Source: an uncultured Gemmatimonadales bacterium (lineage in GTDB: Bacteria; Gemmatimonadota; Gemmatimonadetes; Gemmatimonadales; GWC2-71-9). From it: 64,000 bases of DNA. Below, piece by piece: positions 8,794 to 21,561 of the stretch. Positions within the stretch are counted from its first letter, which is position 1; every line of letters begins with the position of its first letter. Below the pieces are notes generated by a model that saw only the letters and a program-made list of their open reading frames with translations, made no database searches and had not been told where the DNA came from. Where the stretch lies: the NCBI GenBank assembly GCA_963695555.1, contig CAVOGR010000005.1:352001-416000 (forward strand), read 5' to 3'. Position numbers and translations under genes: made by a program.

Positions 8794-9927
8794 ATGATCT
8801 TCGCGTACGTCGGCATCGCGCTCGGGTTGGTCATCGGCGTCTTCGCCCTCTATCTCCTTATCGTCGCCGTGATGCCGGGCTTCTCGGTTCCTGCCCAACC
8901 GCTCAGAGGTGGCGAGCGATCGGACGAGGGTCGCCAGGTCGAGGGGGCGCAACCGAGGAAGGAGGTCTCCTTCCAGTCGAAAGGGACCTCCCTCCACGCA
9001 TGGCTCTACCTGCCGGAGCCACGGCCACATCCCGTTCCATGCATCGTCATGGCGCATGGATTAGGGGGCACCAAGGACGCCGGCCTCGTGGCCTACGCAA
9101 CTCGCTTCCGCGACGCCGGCTTTGCCGTGCTCGCGTTCGACTACCGGCACTTCGGCGCGAGCGATGGCGAGCCGAGGCAATTGGTCTGGATCCCCTATCA
9201 ACTCGAAGACTACGTGGCGGCCGTCGGGTATGCGCGCGGCCTCGCGGAGGTCGATGCCGAGCGAATCGCGCTCTGGGGCACCTCGCTCAGCGGAGGGCAC
9301 GTTATTGTGACCGCGGCCAAGGACCCGAGCATCGCGTGTGTGGTGGCGCAATGCCCCTGGTTGGACGGCCGGGCGGCCGCGATCGAAGCCATGAAGCAAG
9401 GCGGAATCAGACAGCTCTTCCGGCTGGTACCGCACGCACAGCGTGACATCGTCCGTTCGTTTCTGGGCCTCTCACCGCACGTGATACCGCTGGTGGGCCG
9501 TCCCGGCACCATTGCCGTGATGCCCACGGCCGAGGCGTGGGACGCCTTACAGGAGCTGGCTCCTCCCGATTTCGTGAATCAAGCCTGCGCGCGAATCCTC
9601 ATTCGGATGGATAAGTACCGGCCTGTTGTGCATGCGGGCAGGGTACGTTGCCCTGTCATGCTTCAGATATGTGACGAGGATGTGCGCGACCCCGAGCACT
9701 TCGTCCGGGAAACGGTTAGGCGGTTAGGAGATGTGGCGGAGGTCATCCACTACCCCCTCGCGCACTTCGACATCTACCGAGGCGGAGGCTTCGAGCAAGG
9801 CGTGCGCGATCAGATCGCGTTCTTGAGGAAGCACCTGCGGCCGGCCGATGCAATCATCATCCAGCAGGATGGGAACGGGCCGAGCCGCCCAACTTCGAAT
9901 ACCAGAACAGGAGGATCACACCCGTAG
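8794..9927 (+). CDS. Alpha/beta hydrolase with N-terminal membrane anchor
   Basis: MAHGLGG, FDYRHFGASDGEPR, nucleophile elbow GTSLSG, HFDIY. Confidence 0.88.
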   Translation: MIFAYVGIALGLVIGVFALYLLIVAVMPGFSVPAQPLRGGERSDEGRQVEGAQPRKEVSFQSKGTSLHAWLYLPEPRPHPVPCIVMAHGLGGTKDAGLVAYATRFRDAGFAVLAFDYRHFGASDGEPRQLVWIPYQLEDYVAAVGYARGLAEVDAERIALWGTSLSGGHVIVTAAKDPSIACVVAQCPWLDGRAAAIEAMKQGGIRQLFRLVPHAQRDIVRSFLGLSPHVIPLVGRPGTIAVMPTAEAWDALQELAPPDFVNQACARILIRMDKYRPVVHAGRVRCPVMLQICDEDVRDPEHFVRETVRRLGDVAEVIHYPLAHFDIYRGGGFEQGVRDQIAFLRKHLRPADAIIIQQDGNGPSRPTSNTRTGGSHP

Positions 9928-10504
9928 ACTCACTGCGGTAGTTGCTGCACTGGCTCTCATCATGGTTGCGGCGTGCCAAAATGACTCCCCGACCGGGATA
10001 TCGGGTGACCAGGCCCTCTCCGAACTAGGCGTGGTGGCGAGTCACGGCCAACCCGGGAAGCTGCTGCCGATTCACGGAACAGTCAGCGGTTTCCCCACCC
10101 ATTAGATCTTTGACCCGGACGTCATCGAGCAACGGTGCACCCAGAGCTCGGACTGGGTGATCGGATTCTACCTGACCGGGCCGGTGGCTCATCTCGGCCA
10201 AGCCACCGTGATGGCTGAACATTGCTCCCAGGCAGGCCCGGCCACGTACGGTGACGGGACGATCGTGTTTGTCAGCGCGAATGGTGACGAAGTCCGCGGC
10301 ACCTACCACAGCGAAACGTTCGGCATGCTCACAGCAACGGTGGTGTGGTTCCAGGATACCATTGTGCTGAGTGGTGGGATCGATCGCTTCGCGAATGCTA
10401 CCGGAGGAGGTTCCGAGGTTGGTACCTTCGATCTCGCCACGGGCGTGATCGAGTTGGAGCTGGACGGCTGGATCAGCTACGACGCGTCGGATAGCAGCAA
10501 CTAG
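9920..10504 (+). pseudogene. Disrupted lipoprotein gene (no ATG after RBS; in-frame TAG at 10103-10105)
   Basis: AGGAGG near 9909, lipobox VAAC, same frame continues past TAG to HLG...ANGD...GGIDRFANATG...GWISY. Confidence 0.6.
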
Positions 10505-10893
10505 GCGGCGGGCCATGGTGGATTCCAATGGGGCGGCGCCGGTGGGTGTCGCCCCGCTTGGCAGTCACCTGCCTTTCTCGAACCTCATCCCCGGCGCACC
10601 ATTCCGGTGAACCGGTGACCGATCTCGTGCTCGATTCACCTGGCCGATGTGCCTGGCAGACATCCCCAGTCGGGCCGCTACGCCACACTCTCCAGGTTGG
10701 TTGAACGCTGCCGACATATGACGACGGAGAGACCACCATCGGAGGTTCGTGTCGACGAGGCGACCTGGCCTACTGCTCGGGTGTGCAGGCATATTGGAAT
10801 CGGTGTATTTTTCAAGGTTATTGGTGTTTTGATCCCCTCCGGCGTCGCCGCGAGGGAGCGAGACTGGTCTCAGCATCGACAGGAGGGCCGCGG

Positions 10894-11694
10894 GTGCCGA
10901 AACAGCTCTGGCAGATCGTTCTGGGTGACGGTCCCGTCATCGCGACGGCGCTGCATGACGGGCATGCGCTTCGCGAGGAGGTGGCAGCCATCATGGCGCT
11001 GTCGGAGGCGGATCGCCTTCGCGAAGAGGATCCCTACACCGGGATCTGGACCGGTGTTGCGACCACCCGATTGATTCCGCGTCGTTCGCGCTTTGAGGTC
11101 GATCTGAACCGGCCCAGGGAGCGGGCCGTCTACCGCACTCCAGAAGACGCCTGGGGACTCCACGTGTGGAAGCGGCCGCCCCCCGAAGACCTGGTCGAGC
11201 GGTCGCTGGCGGACTACGATGCCTTCTACGCCGAGGCACATCGCATTTTGTCAGACATGGAGCGTCGCCACGGCCGGTTCGTTGTGCTGGACCTGCACAG
11301 CTACAACCACCGACGCGGGGGACCAGACGCCACGCCGGACGACCCCAAGGCCAATCCCGAAGTCAACGTTGGAACCGGTTCGCTGGATCGGGCGCGGTGG
11401 GGGCATCTGGTGGATCGCTTCATCAGCGACCTCCAGGGGCTTCCGGTTCTCGGTCGCAGTCTGGATGTGCGTGAGAACGTGCGGTTCCGCGGCGGTCACT
11501 TCTCCGTCTGGATCCACCAGAAGTTCCCCCAGTCTGCCTGCTGTCTCGCGGTCGAGTTCAAGAAATTCTTTATGGATGAATGGACCGGCCAGCTCGAACC
11601 TGCGCAGCATGAGGCCAGCCGCGAGGCCTTGCGCGCGACGCTGGCCGGCCTCCACGAGGGGCTCGCCGAAGCGCGCCCGGCCGCATCCGGCTAG
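10894..11694 (+). CDS. N-formylglutamate amidohydrolase family protein
   Basis: ALHDGH, EEDPYT, SRFEVDLNR, DLHSYNH, ENVRFRGG, AVEFKK; AGGAGG before GTG. Confidence 0.88.
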   Translation: MPKQLWQIVLGDGPVIATALHDGHALREEVAAIMALSEADRLREEDPYTGIWTGVATTRLIPRRSRFEVDLNRPRERAVYRTPEDAWGLHVWKRPPPEDLVERSLADYDAFYAEAHRILSDMERRHGRFVVLDLHSYNHRRGGPDATPDDPKANPEVNVGTGSLDRARWGHLVDRFISDLQGLPVLGRSLDVRENVRFRGGHFSVWIHQKFPQSACCLAVEFKKFFMDEWTGQLEPAQHEASREALRATLAGLHEGLAEARPAASG

Positions 11695-11696
11695 AC

Positions 11697-13646
11697 ATGC
11701 AGCTTCCGACCACAGCGGTTCTCCCTTCAGCAGAGATTGGCGTGGCAAAGACAGAGCGGTCCGACGATCACATTTCGGAAGAGTTCATCGCGGGTGCACT
11801 CGAGCGGCTCCGTGATGGGAAGTCGCTTCGACGAGCGCTTCCGGGTTGGGGCCGGGTGCACATCGACCGGCAGCTCCCTTTCCTCGTCGTCTATCGCCGA
11901 CCCGCTGGTCGTGACGATGTCGATACGGATCGTCTGGTGGTGGGCGAGGCGGCCTATCTCCGGGCATCCGGCAAGCAGAAGCACCACGCGGCGCTCGCGT
12001 CGCTGGTCCAATCCATGGCGACAATTCAGGTGGAGGCCTTCGGCTCGTTCCTGATCATCGAACTCTGGGCTCGGGAAGTGCCGGCGGATGCCAAACCGTT
12101 GCGCCGACCGGCTTTCAGCATCGTCCGTTCCAAAGGCGATGGCATCGATTCAACGATCGAGGCGCTCGACCGCGCACTCTCTGGTGTGAGGGTGAAGAGT
12201 GCGTACGCGCATGTAGAGGTCGTCTCAGCAAACCAAGTGACGCGTCCCGGAATGCTGCCACTGGTTTCGGCAGAACGGGCCACCGAGCTGGGCTGTCACG
12301 TCATCGGCCTGGAGCTGGACCCCGTGTTTCGGGGTCCGGCAGGCGAACTCTACCCCATAATGCGGCGGGCGCTTCACCGCGGGCTCTCGCGGGCACTCAA
12401 GCGTGCGGTGTTCGAGTTCACCCGCCGGAACACTTCGCAGCGCCCCCCCCACTACCAGGCGTTGGGCCGGCGGAGCATGGTGAAGGCAGTGTGGGAAGTC
12501 GATCGCCAGCTCGCGGAGATCAGCAGTGCTTTTGACCTTCTGTTGCAGGTCACGCCCGTCAACGCCGATGAGGCGTGGATCGGGTTTCGCCGGAAGCACT
12601 TCGAGCGCGACCCGGCGTTCGTGTCGCGGCCCCTCAGGCTCGACCCGGCACTGGCCAAACGCCAGCTCTTCAGCATTCCTATCGAGCGGATCGAGGATCC
12701 CACCCTGGGGCAGCTGTTCCGCGACCAGCAAGTAGAGCTCGATCGCAAGCTTACCATGGTGGGCGATCGTGGGACCCCTCAGTTCCTCTATGGCAGCCTT
12801 CAAGTCTTCGGCGGAGTCGATCCGTCCTTATTGAATGCGGCCTTCGAGATCCTCTCGCGCGTTCCTTCGCGAACCCGCGACGAATCGACTCGGGGTGCCG
12901 TCAACGCCAGTGACTTTGCCACTCGTGCCGAGCAGGAACTCGATTATTACCGTCGGCAGTGTCCGGGCATGAACAGCGGGGTCCAGATCCGCGATGATGT
13001 CGTCGGACTCATGGTGTCTCGCGGCAGTCTCCTAATCGGAGCGAAGACCAGAATCCCCAAGTCGAGGGTCGAGGCGCTGGTAGCTCACGAAGTCGGAACC
13101 CATGTGCTGACGTATGTCAACGGGAAGTCGCAGCCCTTCCGCCAGCTCTATGTCGGGCTTCCGGGCTACGAGGAGCTTCAAGAGGGGGTCGCCGTGCTCT
13201 CGGAGTACCTGGTCGGCGGCCTCAGTCGTCCGCGGCTCCGGCTCCTGGCCGCGCGGGTGGTCGCGACGCATCGGATGATAGAGGGAGCCAGCTTCGTCGA
13301 GGTGTTTCGTGAGCTCGACCGGGCGCAGGATTTTGCTCAACGCACCGCCTTCCACGTCACCATGCGCGTGTTTCGCGGAGGTGGCTTGACCAAGGATGCC
13401 GTATACCTGCGAGGGTTGCTCGGTCTGCTCGCCTATCTCCGACAGGGCGGCGACTTCGAGCAGCTGTTCATCGGAAAGTTCGGACTCGATCATGTTCCTA
13501 TCATTACGGAGTTGCAGTTGCGCGAGGTCATGGGCCCGCCGCCGCTGCGGCCGCGCCATCTGGACGACCCGGCGGTCATAGAACGGCTCGTTGGTGTTCG
13601 CCAGGGAGGCTCGGTCTTGGATCTCGTAGAGAGGAGAGCGCAATGA
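11697..13646 (+). CDS. DUF1704 / QEGLA-motif metallopeptidase (MATCAP-like carboxypeptidase family)
   Basis: HEVGTH, QEGVA, RVFRGGGLTKDAVYLRG; N-terminal GRVHIDRQLPFL. Confidence 0.85.
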   Translation: MQLPTTAVLPSAEIGVAKTERSDDHISEEFIAGALERLRDGKSLRRALPGWGRVHIDRQLPFLVVYRRPAGRDDVDTDRLVVGEAAYLRASGKQKHHAALASLVQSMATIQVEAFGSFLIIELWAREVPADAKPLRRPAFSIVRSKGDGIDSTIEALDRALSGVRVKSAYAHVEVVSANQVTRPGMLPLVSAERATELGCHVIGLELDPVFRGPAGELYPIMRRALHRGLSRALKRAVFEFTRRNTSQRPPHYQALGRRSMVKAVWEVDRQLAEISSAFDLLLQVTPVNADEAWIGFRRKHFERDPAFVSRPLRLDPALAKRQLFSIPIERIEDPTLGQLFRDQQVELDRKLTMVGDRGTPQFLYGSLQVFGGVDPSLLNAAFEILSRVPSRTRDESTRGAVNASDFATRAEQELDYYRRQCPGMNSGVQIRDDVVGLMVSRGSLLIGAKTRIPKSRVEALVAHEVGTHVLTYVNGKSQPFRQLYVGLPGYEELQEGVAVLSEYLVGGLSRPRLRLLAARVVATHRMIEGASFVEVFRELDRAQDFAQRTAFHVTMRVFRGGGLTKDAVYLRGLLGLLAYLRQGGDFEQLFIGKFGLDHVPIITELQLREVMGPPPLRPRHLDDPAVIERLVGVRQGGSVLDLVERRAQ

Positions 13647-14689
13647 AAGTCGGTTTTGTCGTCAATGATGTCAGCACTGAAGAGACGGGGTATACCACCA
13701 CGCGGCTCGCGATGGCAGCACTCAACCGGGGCCACGAGGCGTGGGTCATCGGGGCCGGCGACTTTGCCTACGACGCGGACGAATCGGTGCGCGCCCGGGC
13801 ACGCGCCGCACCGAAATCGCAGTACAAGTCCTCCGAGTCGTACCTGGCCGACCTCCAGGGCAAGAAGGCCAAGTCCGAACGGATTACGCTCGACGAGTTC
13901 GATATCCTCATGCTGCGCAGTGACCCATCCACCGACACGGGGTACCGTGCCTGGGCGCAGGCTACCGGGATCATCTTTGGCCGGGTCGCGATGCGGCGCG
14001 GCCTCATCGTCCTCAACGATCCCAACGGCCTCTCTAAGGCTATGAACAAGATGTACTTTCAACTCTACCCCGAAGAGGTGCGCCCCCGAACACTGATCAC
14101 CCGGGATCGCGAGGAGATCCGCGCCTTCTGGAAGGCGGAAGGTGGTCGAATCGTCCTCAAGCCGCTCCAAGGATCAGGAGGACAGGGGGTCTTTCTGGTT
14201 CGGAAGGACGACGGCTCCAACCTGAACCAGATGGTCGACGCGGTGAGCCGCGACGGATACGTGATTGCCCAGGAGTACCTCCCAGCCGCGGAGCAGGGTG
14301 ACACACGGCTCTTCTTGATGAACGGCCAGCCTATCCGGTACCGAGGCAAGTATGCCGCGTTCCGGCGGGTCCGCTCCGGCGATGACATGCGCAGCAACAT
14401 TCATGCGGGGGGGAAACTCCGGGAGGCGGAGCTGACGGATGAGCACTTTCGCATCGCCGAGATCGTCCGGCCAAAGGTCGTTCAAGACGGCATGTTTCTC
14501 GTCGGCCTCGACATCGTGGGCAACAAGCTGATGGAGATCAACGTCTTCAGCCCGGGCGGCCTAGGGAGCGCGCAGCGATTCGAGAAGGTGAATTTCACCC
14601 ACGCGGTCATAGAGGCGCTGGAGCGGAAGGTCGACTACATGGCGTTCTACCGGCGCAACTTCGACAACGTCGATTTGGCGACGCTGTAG
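13643..14689 (+). CDS. Glutathione synthetase-like ATP-grasp ligase
   Basis: LRSDP, NKMY, LKPLQGSGGQGVF, QEYLP, GDTR, RSNIHAGG, GLDIVG..LMEINVFSPGG. Confidence 0.88.
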   Translation: MKVGFVVNDVSTEETGYTTTRLAMAALNRGHEAWVIGAGDFAYDADESVRARARAAPKSQYKSSESYLADLQGKKAKSERITLDEFDILMLRSDPSTDTGYRAWAQATGIIFGRVAMRRGLIVLNDPNGLSKAMNKMYFQLYPEEVRPRTLITRDREEIRAFWKAEGGRIVLKPLQGSGGQGVFLVRKDDGSNLNQMVDAVSRDGYVIAQEYLPAAEQGDTRLFLMNGQPIRYRGKYAAFRRVRSGDDMRSNIHAGGKLREAELTDEHFRIAEIVRPKVVQDGMFLVGLDIVGNKLMEINVFSPGGLGSAQRFEKVNFTHAVIEALERKVDYMAFYRRNFDNVDLATL

Positions 14690-16595
14690 CTACGCCAGCG
14701 CCTGCAGCCGCTCCAGCAGGACTGCCGCACTAGCCGGGCGGTCCTCGGGGCGCTTGGCGAGGAGGTGCATGATCAGCTCGTCGAGTCCGGCCGGCACACC
14801 CTCCACCAGGGTGCCGGGCCGCTTCGGCTCCTCGCTCAGCACCTTGGCAAACAGCGCCATCACCGTCGGCGCGGTGAGCGGCAGCTGCCCCGTGAGAAAC
14901 TCGTAGAGCACCACGCCCACTGCATACAAGTCGGTGCGGGCGTCGACTTCCTCGCCGGTGAGCTGCTCCGGCGACATGTACGTCGGAGTCCCCACGATCA
15001 TCCCCGCCTGGGTGTGGCGCGCGGTGCTCTCGGCCAGCCGTGCCACGCCGAAGTCCATCACCTTGAGCACCCCGTCCGCATCCAGCAGCAGGTTCTGCGG
15101 CTTGATGTCGCGGTGAATCACGCCGGTCTGGTGCGCCACCACCAGCGATTGAGCGAGCTGGGTTCCGATCGCCAGCACCGGTTCCACCGCCAGCGTCCCG
15201 CGCGAGTCGAGCAGCTCGCGCACCGTGATGCCCTCGACGTACTCCATCGTGAGGTACCACAGGCCGTCCCACTCGCCGAAGTGGTGGGTGCGCACCACGT
15301 TGCGGTGGGAGATACGGCGCGTGAGGCGGATCTCGTCCTTGAAGCGCTCGCGTGAGTCCTCGTCGGCAACCATTTCGGGGCGCAAGGTCTTGATCGCTAC
15401 CACGTCGCCCAGCTCTGTATCGCGCGCGCGGTACACGGTACCCATCCCACCGCGGCCCAGCACGGCTTCGATCGTGTAGCGCGCGGCGAAGGTCTCGCCC
15501 GACTTCAGGCGGTCGTCGCCTTCCGCGACGGCGAAGTCGCCGGTCTGGCGCGCAACACCGATTTCACTCTGGAGATCGTCGAGCCTGCCACGTAGCCGTG
15601 ATTCGCGCTCGCCGACTTCGGTCGCCATCCGGTCCATGACCCGGGCCAGCCGCCCGACGGCGTCGTTCCGCTGGGCCAGGTCGCCGAGCTGACCACGGCC
15701 TGGTATGTCGCCGGCCTCGACCGCGGTCGCCGCTGCCGTCACCACGCCGAGGGCCCGCACCAGGTCTTTCTCCTGGTCGCGGAACCGTTTCTCCGCGAGC
15801 GAGGCGGCCAGCCGGGCCCGGAGGATCACTGGTTCGAACGGTTTCGGCAGGTAGTCCTCCGCCCCGGCCTCGATGCAGCTGCGCAACGGCGCCGAGGTCG
15901 TCGAGCGCCGAGATCATGATGACCGGTATGTCGCGCGTGACCGTGTCGGCCTTGAGCCGCTCCAGGACCGCGAGCCCGTCGAGGTCGGGCATCATGACGT
16001 CGAGCAGGACCAGGTCCACCGGCTCCTGCGCCACCAGCGGCCAGCGCCTCGTGCCCGCCCGCGGCGGTGACGACGGCGTAGCCCTCACGCTCGAGCCGGC
16101 GCTGAAGGAGCTCGCGGTTGCCCTCCTCGTCGTCCACCACTAGCACCTGCGCCTTGCCGCGCGGCGCTGTCGGTCGGGGCCGTCGGGGCGGCCCGTGTTG
16201 CGGGGCCGTGCGTTGGTACCAGCCGCTCGGCGGCCGCGGCGATCTTGTGTAGGTCGTCGACGAAAGTCGGGGTCGGCGCTTCGCCCGCCGCTGCGAGCAG
16301 AGCGTGTACCACGTCGGTAATGCGCCGCTGCGGCTCCTCGAGCCGCGCATAGAGTCCTTCGAGCTCGCCCGGCTCTACCGCATCGCGAGTCGGTGCAAGC
16401 ACCAAGGTGATTGCCCGAAGCGCATCGCGCGCCGCAGCCAATGTGTCCTCCAGCGCCTCCCGCTGGCCGGCGTGCTCGGGACCTTCGAGGTCCTCGAGCA
16501 GCATCTCGGCGTAGCCGACGATGTGGTTGACGGGGGTGCGCAGGTCGTGGCGCAGTGCTGCGACTGGGTTGCTGCCGGGAGCGGAGTCCGCTCAC
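14690..16595 (-). CDS. HisKA-like helix pair + receiver + coiled linker + Hanks Ser/Thr kinase fusion (frameshifted as given)
   Basis: HDLRTPVNHIVGYAEMLLED; VLVVDD, LLDVMMP, MISA, YLPKPF; GRGGMGTVY, VAIK, HRDIKPQN, DFG, GTPTYMSPE across successive frames; GTGA overlap with upstream gene. Confidence 0.8.
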
Positions 16596-16973
16596 GAGTC
16601 GGCGCCCTCATTGCCAAGCAGTGCCGCGATCTTGCCGAGCAGCCGATCGAACTCGATCGGCTTGGTGTCGTAGTCGTTGCAGCCGGCCTCGAGCGCCCGT
16701 TCGCGATCGCCCGCCATGGCGTGCGCGGTGAGCGCGATGATCGGCACGTCGGCCGTTTCCGGGGCGGCACGGAGCTGGCGGGTCGCCTCCCACCCGTCGA
16801 TCTCCGGGAGGCTCATGTCCATGAGAACGAGGTCGTACTTCCCGGCCCGCGCCATCTCGACGCCGCTCTCGCCCGTCGACGGCGATCTCGACCTCGAAGC
16901 CCTTGCGCTGCAGCCGCCGCGACAGCATGTCGCGGTTCATCTCGTTGTCCTCGACCAGGAGAATCCTCGCCAT
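16592..16973 (-). CDS. Single-domain response regulator (DivK-like), one frameshift near 16870
   Basis: ILLVEDNEMNRDMLSRRL then LMDMSLP.IDGWE, ALTAHAMAGD, TKP. Confidence 0.88.
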
Positions 16974-19086
16974 CAGTCTGCCCCCAGTGCGTCAGCGGCC
17001 GGTGCGCTGTCCCGGCACCATGCCGGCAATCGCACGGTGAACGTCGAGCCCGTCCCGGGCGTGCTCTCGACCTGCACGTCGCCGCCCATCAGGTGGCTGA
17101 ACCGCTTCGTGATCGCGAGCCCGAGCCCGGTGCCGCCGTACTTGCTCGTCGTCGACGCCTCCGCCTGCGCAAACGCCTCGAACAGCGGTCCCCATCTGCT
17201 CGTCTGTCATGCCGATCCCGGTATCGCGACCCGGAACACCACGGCGCCCGTCTGCCCGTCCGCGCCGCTCGCGGGACACGCTGAAGGTGATGGTGCCGTG
17301 CTCGGTGAACTTGCAGGCGTTCGATAGCAGATTGAGCAGCATCTGGCATCAGCTTGGTGCGATCCGCATGCATCGTCCCAGATCGGCCGTCACACCCTCC
17401 ACCACGAGCCGGTTGCCGTTCTTGTCGACCAGCGGACCCACAGTGGCCGCGGCTTCCTTCAGCAGCGGCGCGACGTGGGAACGTCTCGCGAACAGGATCT
17501 CCATCTTGCCGGCCTCGATCTTCGACAGGTCGAGGATGTTGTTGATCAGTGAGAGGAGAACCGGCCTGCAGGCGTGGATCTTCTCGAGGTCGTCGCCCAG
17601 TTGCGCCACACCCAGTTCTTCAACTTCCTCCTGCAGCATCTCGACGTAGCCGATGATCGCGTTGAGCGGGGTGCGCAGCTCGTGGCTCATGCTGGCCAGG
17701 AACTGGCTCTTGGCTCGGTTCGCCGCCTCAGCTTCGCGCCGTGCCTTGAGCAAGCTCAGTGATGTCGTGGTACAGCGCCATCAGCCCGACCCGCTAGCCG
17801 TCCACGATGCACCGGCACGCCCAGCACCTCGACGTCCACCAGAGTGCCGTCCTTGCGGCGCCGCTGCGCAAATGCCGTGAATCGGGCTGCTCCAGCGCCT
17901 GCTCGGTGTAGGTCTCGGCCTCCGGCCGGGTTACGTCCGTGGTGATGAGGGCGTCGAGATCCCGGCCCACGACCTCCGCTCGGGTATAGCCGAACAGCGT
18001 CTCGAAGCCGGGTTGCAGGAGACCACGTCGTGAAGTCGCGGTCGAGCGTTACGATGGCCACCGGGCTGTTGGAGACGAGCGCCTCGAAGTACTCCCGCTG
18101 GCGCTGCGCCGCGGTGAACAGCCGGGCGTTCTCGATGGCGATGGCGGCCTGCGGCGCGAACAGGTTGAGCAGCCGCAGGTCCTCGGGCCCGAACATGGCG
18201 CGCCGGATCCGAGTGCACCGTGCGCGATGGCGCCCACCAGCCGCCGCCCGATCATGAGCGGGGCCGCCATCACCGAGTGGACATCCACGTCGGCGTACTG
18301 CGCCGACTGCCCCAGACCACTCGTGGTAGTCTGGGATGATCAGCGGTTCAAGGGTCCGGGCCGCGTGGCCCATGGCTCCCTCTCCCAGCTTCATCCGCGT
18401 GCCGGTGGAGTCCTTCCGACCGATGTTGTGGTTCGCGACGATCTCCAGCTCCTCCGTCTCATCGTCGTAGATCGCGAGCTCGCCGTGGCTCACGCCGAGC
18501 AGTCGCACCGCACGCTCCAAGACTGCTTTGAGCAGGGTACCGAGGTCGAGCCGGCCGGCGAGGTCGGCCATGGTGGCACGCAGCGCCTCCTGTTCATCAG
18601 CCCGGGCACGCTCGGCCCTCAACAGTCGGGCCCGCCCAATGGCGATCCCCGCCTGGTTGGCGGCGGCGGTGAGGATCTTCAAGTCGTCCTCGTCGAAGGC
18701 GTCCGGACGGTTGCTCTCCACCACCAGCACCCCCACCAGCTCACGGTTGGCCAGGATCGGCACATCCGCCTCGGATCCCTCATTGCGAGTGGGGAGGTAG
18801 CGGGTTTCCTCGGTGACGCGCGGGGTGTAGTGGATGCGGCCGTCGAGCAGCGGCAGCTCGCTGAGTCCCTGCCCGGGGCGGATTCGCAGTCCGGGTGGAG
18901 CGTCCTTCCAGCCCTCGCTCGCGACCAGCACCCGGTCACCCGTCGCCTGGTCCACGAGCAGCACCGCGACGAAATCGTAGCCGAGCGCCGCGTCGTACAG
19001 CCCCGCCACCACGGCGCTGCACACGTCGGTCTCGCTCTCCGCTTCGGCGATGCCGGTGCTGAGCCTGAGCAGCGCGTTCTCTCGTT

Positions 19087-19090
<4 letters not shown>
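16973..19090 (-). CDS. GAF-GAF-PAS sensor histidine kinase (multiple frameshifts)
   Basis: [10 protein letters not shown] start, [47 protein letters not shown]. Confidence 0.82.

Positions 19091-21557
<2,467 letters not shown>

Positions 21558-21561
<4 letters not shown>

Noticed and set aside
10103..10105. In-frame TAG as pyrrolysine or stop-codon reassignment
   Set aside because: Single case in a gene that also lacks a start codon; TAG ends many normal genes here; no pyl genes seen.
13643..14689. Naming the gene gshB
   Set aside because: Fold assignment is clear, but operon context suggests a paralogous ligase, so the symbol is withheld.
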